From contig CAVRFW010000009.1 of the NCBI GenBank assembly GCA_963720565.1, positions 128,001-192,000 on the forward strand: a stretch of 64,000 nt of DNA. Direction: 5' to 3'. Below the pieces are notes generated by a model. That model was not told the DNA's origin, made no database searches, and worked only from the letters and a program-made list of their open reading frames with translations. This DNA comes from Candidatus Bathyarchaeota archaeon. Lineage in GTDB: Archaea; Thermoproteota; Bathyarchaeia; Bathyarchaeales; Bathycorpusculaceae. Position numbers and translations under genes: made by a program. How positions within the stretch are numbered: the stretch's first letter is position 1; each line of letters starts with the position of its first letter. Shown piece after piece: positions 40,820 to 50,746 of this stretch.

Positions 40820-41221
40820 CTATGTTTTTTGGCTAACTGCTGCCAGTCTATCGCGTATTGTATCAAGTAGTTCTTTGGGTTGAACGGGCTTAACCAGATA
40901 GTCGTCTGCTCCGAAATCAGCCGCTTTCTTTCCCACTTCTTCAGTGGAGAAACCAGTAACGATAATTTTGACTGTTTCATGGCTGTCCGATGTAGTCAGG
41001 AGTTCTATCCCGTTTGAATCAGGGAGCTGGACGTCGAGCAATAGCACGTTGGGATTTTCTTTTTGTATTTTTTCAAGTGCTTCTTTTCCAGTTCCAGCTG
41101 TTTCAACCATATATCCTGCTCTCCCTAAGATATTACTAAATAAATCCCTTATTCTTGCGTCATCGTCCACGACTAAAATCCGTTTTCTTTCCTCACTCAT
41201 TTCGCTCATCTCAAATGCCAA
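40820..41221 (-). CDS. Stand-alone receiver-domain response regulator
   Basis: ILVVDDD, DVQLPD, VTG, YLVKP. Confidence 0.92.
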   Translation of the reverse strand: MAFEMSEMSEERKRILVVDDDARIRDLFSNILGRAGYMVETAGTGKEALEKIQKENPNVLLLDVQLPDSNGIELLTTSDSHETVKIIVTGFSTEEVGKKAADFGADDYLVKPVQPKELLDTIRDRLAAVSQKT

Positions 41222-41377
41222 AGGTGTGCCATAATGCAGCTTCTGATTCGGGGCATCTGCACAATTCTAAAGTATCGGCGAAAATTTCGTTGTGTCTTCT
41301 CTTGCTTGCAGTTGGAAAAGCTCTGATCAACTTTTGTTCCCACCCATAATACCAGGGCTACGCATTTTATATGACTG

Positions 41378-41401
41378 TGTGACTGTATCGTAGCTACAAC
41401 A
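41378..41401. promoter_or_regulatory. 24-bp palindromic motif, copy 5
   Basis: TGTGACTG-N8-CTACAACA, 5 nt from minus-strand ATATAAAA. Confidence 0.65.
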
Positions 41402-41477
41402 TTGAACATGTTGTTTTGCAGTCGAATTTCTATACTTGGCCACGAATGGTTTGAGAAGTCCCCGCAGAAACGTAAAT

Positions 41478-41501
41478 TGTTGTTGCTCTGTTACAGTCAC
41501 A
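41478..41501. promoter_or_regulatory. 24-bp palindromic motif, copy 6
   Basis: TGTTGTTG-N8-CAGTCACA. Confidence 0.65.
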
Positions 41502-41556
41502 TTTATTTATGAACTACTTCGAGAAGAATAAGTTACGCGTCAGAGGTTTCTTCGTA

Positions 41557-41802
41557 ATGAGCAGCAGCAACATAGTTGAGAATTTTCCTAGAATTGTGAG
41601 CTACTGCAAGAAATTTAGAAGAAAAGACCAAATCATGACAGCAATGAATTTTAGCGATCTAGAGACCGAAGCCTACACAACAATTCTGATTCATCAAAGG
41701 TTGATTGAACATAATTTCAACAAATACCAAACGACAATGAAGGGAAATTCGTACCTGGATACTAGGACTAGAATAGAAGTTGCCCTGAGGAGACGGTTTT
41801 AA
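41557..41802 (+). CDS. Small winged-helix protein
   Basis: KDQIMTAMNF..LIE..KYQTTMKG..YL pattern; GAGGT upstream of the ATG at 41557. Confidence 0.65.
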   Translation: MSSSNIVENFPRIVSYCKKFRRKDQIMTAMNFSDLETEAYTTILIHQRLIEHNFNKYQTTMKGNSYLDTRTRIEVALRRRF

Positions 41803-41893
41803 CGCGCGTCAAATTGCCAAAAAACTTTTTTTCAAGGGAAAAAACATGCGCAAAAGAAATCGGAATGGCGATGGGTTGGAGCCATAAAGCACA

Positions 41894-44050
41894 GTGGTCA
41901 TAATGGGCGCGCCTCGACTAAAAGCACTTGCCGTTCTCTTGCTGCTTCTTCTGTCGTCCCCTTTCTTGTTTGTAGATGTCCAGTCGGCGTCTCCTAAACC
42001 CTCGTTTCTAGATCCATTGACAATTCCGAAATGGACAAACCAGCTTGAGAGACCTTTGCCTGTGTATTTGCCCAAAAACGTAACAGATCATCAAGGTAAT
42101 GTCATTCGCCAGGAATACACTGTTAGTGTTGGGGAGTTCTATCAGCAAATACTTCCAACAATCGACGCGAATGGTGAACCAACTGGGTATGGGCTCAGTA
42201 AAGCTTGGGGATACGGTGGTGAGGCCGTAGATGCTATTACGGGTGAAAATCTTGGCTTCGTAAGAACAATTCCCGGGCCAACTTTCGAAACAACGCGTGG
42301 GATTCCAGTCCAGGTGAAATGGGTAAACGACCTCGTGGACGACGAAGGAAAACCGCTTCAACATAACTATCCTGTTGATCCCACAATTCACTGGGCTAAT
42401 CCAAACAACATTGACATGGAAGAAGCTATGAAGCAAACCGTGGAAGGGCTGTCTCCGCCGTTCCCCCCTGGTTATAACGGGGCACCGTACACTATTCCTG
42501 GAACTTCAACAGTAACAAACCCTGAAGGCTGGAATGCCCAGTCGCCCGTTCCGTTAGTTACGCATCTGCATGGTGGTCAAATGCCGTCTGATTATGATGG
42601 TAATCCTGATCAATGGTATACTCCCAACGGGCTTCACGGAGAGGCTTACCGGACTGCTTCAGCGACTGAATCGAACGCTGCGGTATTCTATTATCCTAAC
42701 GCTCAGGATCCCACGACCTTGTGGTATCATGACCATGCTTTGGGTATGACACGCATCAACGTGTTCTCCGGGTTAGCAGGATTCTACATTGTGCGCGACG
42801 CTTATGATCCTATGGCTAAACTCTTGCCGAGCGGACGATACGAAATGCCGCTAATAATACAAGATCGAACTTTCACGGTTGACGGCTCCATGTACTACTC
42901 TCCTGAAGGGTATTACCCCAACTACGACCCGCCACCTTTCAATTACACAAAAGAAAACCCCTATTCCTTGGGAGCCTCATTGGGCAACACCATAATGGTT
43001 AATGGCAAAGTCTGGCCGAACATGAACGTTAACCGTGGTCAATACCGCTTCAGAATCTTGGATGCTTCAAACACACGCTTTTACAACATCAGCTTCTCGA
43101 ACAGCATGCCTTTCACCCTTATCGGGAGCGACGGCGGCTACGTCAAAACTTCGGTTTCAGTTACGTCAGTCCTCTTTTCGCCGGCAGAGAGGATTGACAT
43201 CTTGGTGGATTTCTCCGAAATCACTCCTGGCGAAAAAGTAATTCTCAAAAACAACGCTTTATTCAACACTTCCAGCTCCAAATTCCCTGACCAACTAGAA
43301 ACCGTTGGCCAAATAATGCAGTTCACAGTTACATCCGACTTGGGCTTCGAACCAAAACCATTGCCTTCATTGCTTAACCCAACTCTTGCAGGAGAGTACC
43401 CAAATCTGCCGTCTCCAACAAAGGTGCGAATACTCACTTTGGGCGAAGACATCTCGGTAAGCCCAGCCTTGCCGATGGACTTGTATTTGGATGGGCAGAA
43501 ATGGGCAGCGCCTGTCTCAGAAACACCAGAGTTGGGAACAACCGAAGAATGGGTTTTTGTCAACACTTTTGACACTCACAACATTCACTTACATCTGGTT
43601 CAGTTTCAACTGGTTTCGCGGCAAGACTTCAATTTAACTTCGTACTGGAATGACTGGCTATCTCTGAATGGCGAACCCCCTCTCAATCATACAACCATCA
43701 ACGTCCCGTCTTTAGACGATTATCTGATTGGTCAGCCCAGACTTCCGGGGCCAGCCGAGCAAAGCTGGAAAGACACAATAATAGTGTATTCTCGGCAAAT
43801 CACAGTTATCAGGGTTCGTTTTGCACAGCAAGATGGAGAAGATTTTCCTTTTGACGCGACAAGCGGTCCTGGATACGTTTGGCACTGCCACATTCTAGAG
43901 CATGAGGACAACGAGATGATGCGTCCCTACGTATTGACCTCGATATCAGGTGCAGCCTCATATGGACTTCTCATTGCCATAGGTGTGATAGTTGCAATCA
44001 CTGTAATCTTGCTTGTGGGTGCAAGGAAACTGCGTTCACGTTCTGGATGA
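41894..44050 (+). CDS. Secreted, C-terminally anchored multicopper oxidase (CotA/bilirubin oxidase-like)
   Basis: HLHG, WYHDH, HNIHLH, HCHILEHEDNEMM; signal peptide and C-terminal TM. Confidence 0.93.
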   Translation: MVIMGAPRLKALAVLLLLLLSSPFLFVDVQSASPKPSFLDPLTIPKWTNQLERPLPVYLPKNVTDHQGNVIRQEYTVSVGEFYQQILPTIDANGEPTGYGLSKAWGYGGEAVDAITGENLGFVRTIPGPTFETTRGIPVQVKWVNDLVDDEGKPLQHNYPVDPTIHWANPNNIDMEEAMKQTVEGLSPPFPPGYNGAPYTIPGTSTVTNPEGWNAQSPVPLVTHLHGGQMPSDYDGNPDQWYTPNGLHGEAYRTASATESNAAVFYYPNAQDPTTLWYHDHALGMTRINVFSGLAGFYIVRDAYDPMAKLLPSGRYEMPLIIQDRTFTVDGSMYYSPEGYYPNYDPPPFNYTKENPYSLGASLGNTIMVNGKVWPNMNVNRGQYRFRILDASNTRFYNISFSNSMPFTLIGSDGGYVKTSVSVTSVLFSPAERIDILVDFSEITPGEKVILKNNALFNTSSSKFPDQLETVGQIMQFTVTSDLGFEPKPLPSLLNPTLAGEYPNLPSPTKVRILTLGEDISVSPALPMDLYLDGQKWAAPVSETPELGTTEEWVFVNTFDTHNIHLHLVQFQLVSRQDFNLTSYWNDWLSLNGEPPLNHTTINVPSLDDYLIGQPRLPGPAEQSWKDTIIVYSRQITVIRVRFAQQDGEDFPFDATSGPGYVWHCHILEHEDNEMMRPYVLTSISGAASYGLLIAIGVIVAITVILLVGARKLRSRSG

Positions 44051-44094
44051 CAAAATCACTTCCCTGCACGTCTAAGATCAAGATACTTCGTAAA

Positions 44095-44118
44095 TGTGAC
44101 TGTGCGGTCACAACCACA
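44095..44118. promoter_or_regulatory. 24-bp palindromic motif, copy 7
   Basis: TGTGACTG-N8-CAACCACA. Confidence 0.65.
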
Positions 44119-44195
44119 TAGTTTTTTCTACTTTCAATCCCATACAAATTTTAGCGCACAAACTGTGAACAATTGAATACTAACGCGATGAAGGC

Positions 44196-44525
44196 TTGGC
44201 GTATGAAAATGACCAAGACTTTGAATACCCCATCTTCCCCCAAGAGAAGGGCTACTTCTTACAGCGAAGTCTTAGTCGAGGAAAGAACCTGCTTTCTAAA
44301 TCGCCAAGCCCGACGCGAAACGTCATTAAGCAAATTAGGCAAGAGAGGGGAACCGACGTGAATAGAAAACTTGGAAGAGAGCTTTACAGGAAAAGGCAAC
44401 AAACATTCGAAAGCAGGGAACCGTCTGCACAAGATAAGTCTGCTAATGACCCATTTCCTAAGAATATCTCTGCAGAAGTGCGAAAAAGGGAGGCATCCAA
44501 GCCTCTATATCTATGTTACGAGTAA
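44196..44525 (+). CDS. Hypothetical basic protein
   Basis: 109-aa ORF downstream of motif copy 7; no recognisable domain. Confidence 0.45.
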   Translation: MAYENDQDFEYPIFPQEKGYFLQRSLSRGKNLLSKSPSPTRNVIKQIRQERGTDVNRKLGRELYRKRQQTFESREPSAQDKSANDPFPKNISAEVRKREASKPLYLCYE

Positions 44526-44962
44526 AAGATTGAACTCGAAGTCGTTTCGTGTTTTCACGCAACAACCTGTGCCTAAAACCGCTATTACAAGGTCATTTTC
44601 TCTTTGCCAGTTTAGCGAACAGTTCAGGCAATGCAAGCTGTTCTATCACCGATTACTTCAGGAATTCCACACAAGATAACCTGCATTGGTTACACGCTGT
44701 ACCATAGAATGAAAAATTCGAAAGAAACTTTGCGACAGATATACAATTGTGCCAGTACTCTCTAGGACACAAAGTGTGCTGGTTGGAAAAAATAGATAAA
44801 GATGTCGCGTATCTCTCTCATCTCGATGCACATAACCAACTTTCAAGGGCTTTTTTGGCGAAATAGGTTTAATTGTCGGATATTTTTGAGAGGACCCAAG
44901 TTATTGGGCTCTTTTGTCGCAGAAGCGTGCGCAGTATTGCCCTGTCTAAACAAACCATCGTT

Positions 44963-45751
44963 CTAGCTGAGTGCGTTCTCTTCTCTTGGTCGAAGACGTT
45001 TCTTGGAGCTAATAGCAAGACCGGTTACGATTATGGTTGCCGACGCTGCTCCCACAATCAAGACTGCTGGGTCTGGTTCTGAAATGGAGTTTGTAGTTGG
45101 AGGAGATGTAGACAAAGGAGCTTGCGAAGGCTGCTGGGTTTGTTGGGGTCGGGGCGTTGGAGATGACTGCGGAGTAGACGTGGGCTGTGGTGTAGGTGAC
45201 TGTTGGGGAACGGGCGAAGGCTGAAGAGCCCGCGGGTTGAACCCCGTCCACGGGGAGGTATATATGGTTCCGGCTGGGTTTGTGCCGATTGTTATTTGGC
45301 TAACCATGCTTACCCAAAGATCGCCATTCGCGCTGGGAAGCACCAGACGGAGCGTCTCCGGCAAGGGCTGCCCATTTAACTCGTAGGCTAGAATCACGTC
45401 TTCTCCCATGGCTTCGGCAATCGAGATTTCTCTCACATATCCGTCTGCGGCGTGGAATCCTAGAGACATCGCACTTTCGTCAGGTCCGACCTTGTCAAGT
45501 AGAAGGCTGAGGCTTACGCCGGTCCAGTTTCCCCCACCAACGAAGGCTCCGTAGCAGTAAATTTCGCCGTACACCGTAGTCTTCGGTTGTGCCATGAGTT
45601 CGCTAAGGGTTAGGACGGTGGGGTTGGATACGGCTCCGTCAATTCCTAATTTCCATTCTGAGGAGGCTCGTACCGTGATGGTGGATCCGAGGAGGATGAA
45701 TCCGAGAGTGAAGGCAAATAATAAGGCTGGAACAATTTTCTTTTTCATCAA
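44963..45751 (-). CDS. Exported sulfite-oxidase-like molybdopterin-binding protein with P/T/Q linker and C-terminal TM
   Basis: IYCYG, NWTGVSL, AADGY, LAYELNGQPL, LRLVLP. Confidence 0.85.
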   Translation of the reverse strand: MMKKKIVPALLFAFTLGFILLGSTITVRASSEWKLGIDGAVSNPTVLTLSELMAQPKTTVYGEIYCYGAFVGGGNWTGVSLSLLLDKVGPDESAMSLGFHAADGYVREISIAEAMGEDVILAYELNGQPLPETLRLVLPSANGDLWVSMVSQITIGTNPAGTIYTSPWTGFNPRALQPSPVPQQSPTPQPTSTPQSSPTPRPQQTQQPSQAPLSTSPPTTNSISEPDPAVLIVGAASATIIVTGLAISSKKRLRPREENALS

Positions 45752-45978
45752 GACACCCTTATGGTTCGCTACAGTAATATGACACGCGTCATACTATTAA
45801 GTCTTCAGCCCAACCCACGCCAAAAACACCATCAACCAACCACTCCAACGCGCCCAAAGTTTGGACACAGGCCTCTCTGTCTCACCAAGGTTGCCCTCTA
45901 ATACCTATGATAAAAAAACCACTTTCTTTCAGATAAATTGGCATTTTTCTTCTTTCAGACGCCAGCTGCTGATCAATT

Positions 45979-46560
45979 TCAGCAAGGTTTTCCCAAAAGA
46001 CTATCCGTCAGAGTCTTTTCGCGTACGTTGTCCGCAGTTGCCTTGCCAGCCAGTCTTTCGGCCAGTTTGAGGGCGAACAGAAGCGCTGTAGCTGGTCCTT
46101 GACTGGTTACTATATTCCCATCTTCCACCACCAAATCCGACTTCGGCTTCCCTCCACCCTTTTTCAACTCATTCTCCATTCCAGGAAAGATAGTGCAATT
46201 CCTATTCTTCAGTATTCCAGCGTCAGAAAGCACCGCCGGGCCCGCGCAGATAGCAGCCACCAGTTTCCCAGCCTCAAAAGCATCTTTCACGATTGCCAAG
46301 ACCCTTCTATTCTTTCTGAGGTTCTTGTAGCCTGGATTACCTCCAGGGCATATGACCGCATCGAAATCTTTCACAGCTATTTCATCAACGGATTTGTCAG
46401 CAACAAATTTCATTGCGTGACCACCTTCTATCGCGCCGCTAACTAAACCTGCAACCGTGACTTCCACCCCGGCTCTTCTAAGAACATCCACCACAGTAGC
46501 AGTTTCAATCTCTTCGAACCCAGGAGCCAGAAAAACCAACGCTTTGCTCATACCTAACAC
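45979..46560 (-). CDS. DJ-1/PfpI (YajL-like) protein
   Basis: GFEEIE, DVLRRAG, PGG, AAICAGP, TSQGP. Confidence 0.93.
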   Translation of the reverse strand: MLGMSKALVFLAPGFEEIETATVVDVLRRAGVEVTVAGLVSGAIEGGHAMKFVADKSVDEIAVKDFDAVICPGGNPGYKNLRKNRRVLAIVKDAFEAGKLVAAICAGPAVLSDAGILKNRNCTIFPGMENELKKGGGKPKSDLVVEDGNIVTSQGPATALLFALKLAERLAGKATADNVREKTLTDSLLGKPC

Positions 46561-46667
46561 TCACACTTATGAAACTCATGACTCTATATAAATTTCTTCA
46601 AGGCCCACAGCCTCAATAACGCCAGACTTAATGTTTTTGCCGTATTTTCTTGGTGCAGCATTGTTGT

Positions 46668-47696
46668 TTATCCGAAGAATATCTTAGCAAGGTCATAAAG
46701 TTGCAGGTCAACGGTTTTTCGTTTGCCAATAACCGTTTTCAAGGGGACAGAAGTGATGTCTTTTCCCTTGAGGGCAACCATATGCCCATATTTTTCTTCG
46801 TTGATAAGATCTATTGCGGCTTTGCCGAATCTTGTCGCAAGCACTCTGTCATACGCAGTGGGCGACCCTCCACGTTGAAGGTGCCCCAACGTGACCACTC
46901 GGGTTTCAATTCCTAGCGTCTTCTCTATTTCATTTCCAAGATAGTACCCAACTCCGCCAAGCTGCGGATGCCCAAACTCGTCCACGTTAGTGCTGTGCAA
47001 TATTTCTTTGCCGTCTTTCGGCTTGCACCCTTCCGCAACAACAATTAGACTGAACTTCTTGCCCCTCTTCTGCCTGTGTCTTATGTACTCGCAGACTTCC
47101 TGGGTGTCAAACGGCTTTTCAGGAATCAGGATCACATCTGCTCCTCCAGCGATTCCTGTTTCAATCGCGATCCAACCAGTGTATCTTCCCATAACCTCAA
47201 TTATCATTATTCGGTGATGTGCTTCTGCAGTCGTGTGCAATCGGTCTAGTGCGTCAGTGGCTATGGACACTGCAGTGTTAAACCCGAAGGTAGTGTCCGT
47301 TTCCGCCAGGTCGTTGTCGATGGTTTTCGGGACAGCCACACACTTCAACCCCAAATCAACCATCTTCGAAGCCACAGTCAATGTGTCGTCACCGCCGATG
47401 GCTACGACTGCATCTATGTTCTTGCGTTTTGCATTTTGAAGTGTTTTTTCTGGGCCATCTTGGGTTTTAAAAGGATTTGTCCGTGAAGTTCCCAGGATTG
47501 AACCTCCCCTGGGCAGAATTCCGGAAATAACATTCAAGTTTAACGGTACATATCGGTTTTTGAGAAGCCCATTCCAACCGTCCTTTATTCCAATCATCTC
47601 ATAGCCGTAGGTCTGTATTCCATGCCTAACAGCCGCACGTATGACCGCGTTTATTCCGGGTGCATCGCCGCCCCCGCTTAGTATTCCCACTTTCAT
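46668..47696 (-). CDS. pfkA: PfkA-family 6-phosphofructokinase with PPi-type signature
   Basis: GGGDAPGIN, GGDDT, PKTIDND, EVMGR, LGHLQRGG. Confidence 0.93.
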   Translation of the reverse strand: MKVGILSGGGDAPGINAVIRAAVRHGIQTYGYEMIGIKDGWNGLLKNRYVPLNLNVISGILPRGGSILGTSRTNPFKTQDGPEKTLQNAKRKNIDAVVAIGGDDTLTVASKMVDLGLKCVAVPKTIDNDLAETDTTFGFNTAVSIATDALDRLHTTAEAHHRIMIIEVMGRYTGWIAIETGIAGGADVILIPEKPFDTQEVCEYIRHRQKRGKKFSLIVVAEGCKPKDGKEILHSTNVDEFGHPQLGGVGYYLGNEIEKTLGIETRVVTLGHLQRGGSPTAYDRVLATRFGKAAIDLINEEKYGHMVALKGKDITSVPLKTVIGKRKTVDLQLYDLAKIFFG

Positions 47697-47841
47697 CTGT
47701 TCCACCTGATTAGTTGGATAAACCATAAAAGCCACTGCTCATTGCCTTAAGAGTCTTCCGCTATCAAAACTTGAAGGAAATTTAGTTTCATGAATTCAAA
47801 AAGGTTTATTTTACCTTGAAAATAATGCTTCTTGATTTGCT

Positions 47842-48611
47842 ATGAATATACTTGAGGTTGAAGGTTTATCAGTCAAGGTCGAGGACAAGCTTATCCTCAA
47901 CAATGTACATTTCAGCCTGAAAAGTGGAGAAAGTCACATTCTCTTTGGACCCAACGGCTCCGGGAAAACCACGCTAATCAGCACGCTTATGGGTCTTCCA
48001 ACGTACGAGGTGGTTTCCGGCAAAATCCTCTTCATGGGCATAGACATCACCGAAAAGAGCGTTGAGGAAAGAGCACGTCTCGGTATGGTTGTGAGCTTCC
48101 AGAATCCTCCCGAGATTGCAGGCGTAAAGCTGGGTGATCTGCTCAAACTATGTTTGGGCTAAAACTCCCGCTGACGATTTCAGTGAAGAAGAGAAGGACC
48201 TAATAACTGCCTTCAGACTCAATGACTTTTTAAACAGAGACATTAACGTGGGTTTTTCAGGCGGAGAAAGAAAACGATCAGAGATTCTTCAATTAATATT
48301 CCTGAAGCCAAAACTTCTCCTTTTGGACGAGCCTGACTCCGGCGTTGACGTAGAAAGCCTAAAACTCATCGCCACTGAATTACAGCGCTACGTCGAGAAG
48401 AGCGGAGCTCTCGTCTCTGATAATCACGCATAAAGGCGACATACTCGAATACGTCAAAGCCAAATACGGTTGCATATTACTATCTGGACAATTCCACTGT
48501 TACACGCAACCCATGAAAATATACGAAGATATCAAGAAAATTGGCTACGAACAATGTGTAGCTTGCAGACGAAGAACAAAGGAAGGATGGAAATTTGAGC
48601 AAACAAAATGA
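47842..48611 (+). CDS. sufC: Fe-S assembly ABC ATPase SufC/SmsC, two frameshifts
   Basis: GPNGSGKT, FSGGERKRSE, LLDEPDSG; third frame ITHKG..CVAC ending at 48611. Confidence 0.9.
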
Positions 48612-49719
48612 ACTTGAAAAAATACCACACCAGATTCTGGAAGAAACTTACAAGGCAGGCATAGACGCGGACGACAAGAACCGTTCCGCCACCTTTTTCC
48701 ACGTAGACCAGTCCACGCTCTACTCAAAGGTAAACGAACTCTACGAAGGAAAAATTGAACTCATGGACACAAAAGCAGCCCTGCAAAAGTATTCATGGCT
48801 CAACGATTACATGTGGAAACTCGTCGACAAAAACAAAGACGAATACACCCGCAAAGTAGCAGAAAACTGGAGCGGCGGATACTTCATGCGCATACTACCC
48901 GGAGCCGAAGTAACCTTTCCTCTGCAATCATGCCTTCTAATTACCCAGAAAAACCTGGAACAACGAATCCACAACATCATCATCGCCGAAGAAAACTCGA
49001 AAGCACACATAATCACAAGCTGCCTCCAACACTCCAGCGTTCCCAACGCCTCGCACATGGGCATCTCAGAAATATACGTCAAGAAAGGTGCAACCCTCAA
49101 CTTCACCATGATCCATCAATGGAGCGAAAGCACTCTTGTACGCCCAAGAAGCGCCTCAGAAATAGGCGACAACGCCACATTCGTCTCAAACTACGTCTGC
49201 ATGCGACCCGTCCGAGACATTCAAATGTACCCCGCAGCATTCTGCAACGGAGAAAACTCCACAGTAAGCTTCAATAGCATAATCTACGCTCACCCAAAGT
49301 CCAAGCTGGACCTCGGGTCAAAAGCGGTACTCAAAGGAAAAGGAAGCAAAGCAGAAATGATCAGCCGCTCAATATCACGCGAAGGCTCCAACATGACAAT
49401 CCGAGGCCTAATCGACGGTTCCAGCCCCGACTGCAAAGGACACCTAGAATGCCGCGGCCTACTGCTAGACGAAAACGCAGTCTTGGAATCAATACCGGAA
49501 CTGATCGCCAGAAAGAAAGGCGTTGAAATCACACATGAAGCGGCCGTAGGCAAGATTTCGGAGAAAGAAATAACATACCTAATGACGCGCAAGCTCTCAC
49601 GCGATCAGGCTGTCTCACTGATAATTCGAGGCTTCATGGACGTAGGCATACTTGGTCTCCCTGCTGCATTAAACGCAGAAATCAAACGCATAGTCGACGC
49701 GTCAACAGAAGCCAACTGA
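48595..49719 (+). CDS. sufB: Fe-S assembly scaffold SufB/D (SmsB)
   Basis: GHLECRGL, IPEL, THEAAVGKI, YLMTR, IIRGF. Confidence 0.92.
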   Translation: MSKQNELEKIPHQILEETYKAGIDADDKNRSATFFHVDQSTLYSKVNELYEGKIELMDTKAALQKYSWLNDYMWKLVDKNKDEYTRKVAENWSGGYFMRILPGAEVTFPLQSCLLITQKNLEQRIHNIIIAEENSKAHIITSCLQHSSVPNASHMGISEIYVKKGATLNFTMIHQWSESTLVRPRSASEIGDNATFVSNYVCMRPVRDIQMYPAAFCNGENSTVSFNSIIYAHPKSKLDLGSKAVLKGKGSKAEMISRSISREGSNMTIRGLIDGSSPDCKGHLECRGLLLDENAVLESIPELIARKKGVEITHEAAVGKISEKEITYLMTRKLSRDQAVSLIIRGFMDVGILGLPAALNAEIKRIVDASTEAN

Positions 49720-49769
49720 ATAGCCAGTCGCCTAGCACCAAATGAAACTTGAAGAGAGATTAACAGCCC

Positions 49770-50027
49770 CTATAGTCTCTTGTACACAACATCTCTTTCT
49801 TTGACCGGCTCAGCCATCTTCATACCTACGCTCTGTCCTGCTTCGGCTTTCTGGATGTTCGCGTGTTCAATCTGCATGGACTCAACAACTTGTTCAAAGT
49901 CAGTAGAAGGTCCTTTGACTAAGATACGTTCCCCGACAGAGAGAGGTGCAGTCAACTCGACTACGGCGACGCTGATTTTCGAGAAGAAATGCGCAATATT
50001 GCCAACCTTTACTATTTCTTCACTCAA
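49770..50027 (-). CDS. Small beta-barrel protein (EF-Tu domain II / U32 C-terminal-like)
   Basis: VGNIAHFFSKISVAVV, QVVESMQI, AEAGQSVG. Confidence 0.8.
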   Translation of the reverse strand: MSEEIVKVGNIAHFFSKISVAVVELTAPLSVGERILVKGPSTDFEQVVESMQIEHANIQKAEAGQSVGMKMAEPVKERDVVYKRL

Positions 50028-50106
50028 ACGCTACAACCTCACAAACACTATAGAAGAGAGAGCATAAAAAACTTGCCAACACCCCGCCAGAACAAGGAAA
50101 AAAGTT

Positions 50107-50746
50107 TTGAGCCAGGGGAGCAGAGTTGAGAGCATGCTAGATATTGAGAAAAGGACTCCACAACAGCAAAAGACCGCGGAAAACGCCATTAAAAGCCCCC
50201 AAGCACTAACAGAACTGCTGGAAGGTTTACGATCCAAGAAATGCGCAATCAGATACGCCGACTTCAAAGCCGTTTATCTTATTAGCGAAGACCACCCCGA
50301 AATGCTCTATCCAAGATGGACCTTCTTCGAGGACTTGCTCAAATCCAAAAACAACACCTTCGTGTTCTACGCAATCCATGTTCTGGCTAACTTGGCAAAA
50401 GTCGACGAAGCCGGAAAATTCGGAACAATATTTGATCAGTTCTTCAACATCCTAGATGGCGACGCGCTAATCCCAGCATGCCATGTCGCCTACGTTTCAC
50501 ACAAAATAGCCAGAGCTAAACCCAAACTAGCAGACAACATAACGAGAAAACTACTTAGACTTCGAGGGAACCCAATACAAACACAGAGAACTCGTTCAAG
50601 CCAACGCTTTAAGATCCTTCTCAGAATATTTCGACCAGATAGAAAACAAAGACCCAATATTCAGCCTAGCCAGGGAACTGCAGAAAAATAGAAGTTCAAG
50701 AGCGAAAAAAGAAGCCGCAGAATTCTTCAAAAAACACCCGCCCTAG
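50107..50746 (+). CDS. Helical-repeat hypothetical protein, frameshift near 50560
   Basis: Amphipathic helical repeats; continues in another frame to the TAG at 50746. Confidence 0.6.

Noticed and set aside
44102..44111. GTGCGGTCAC match to the tRNA-Gly 3' end as an att site
   Set aside because: Only 10 nt, and it lies inside palindromic motif copy 7; no mobile genes lie between the two positions.
33003..44118. Repeated TGTGACTG/CAACAACA sequences as a CRISPR array or transposon ends
   Set aside because: Copies are dispersed, degenerate and promoter-associated, with no regular spacers and no cas or transposase genes.
45130..45230. Low-complexity repeats as a tandem repeat element
   Set aside because: They encode the Pro/Thr/Gln linker of the molybdopterin-domain protein.
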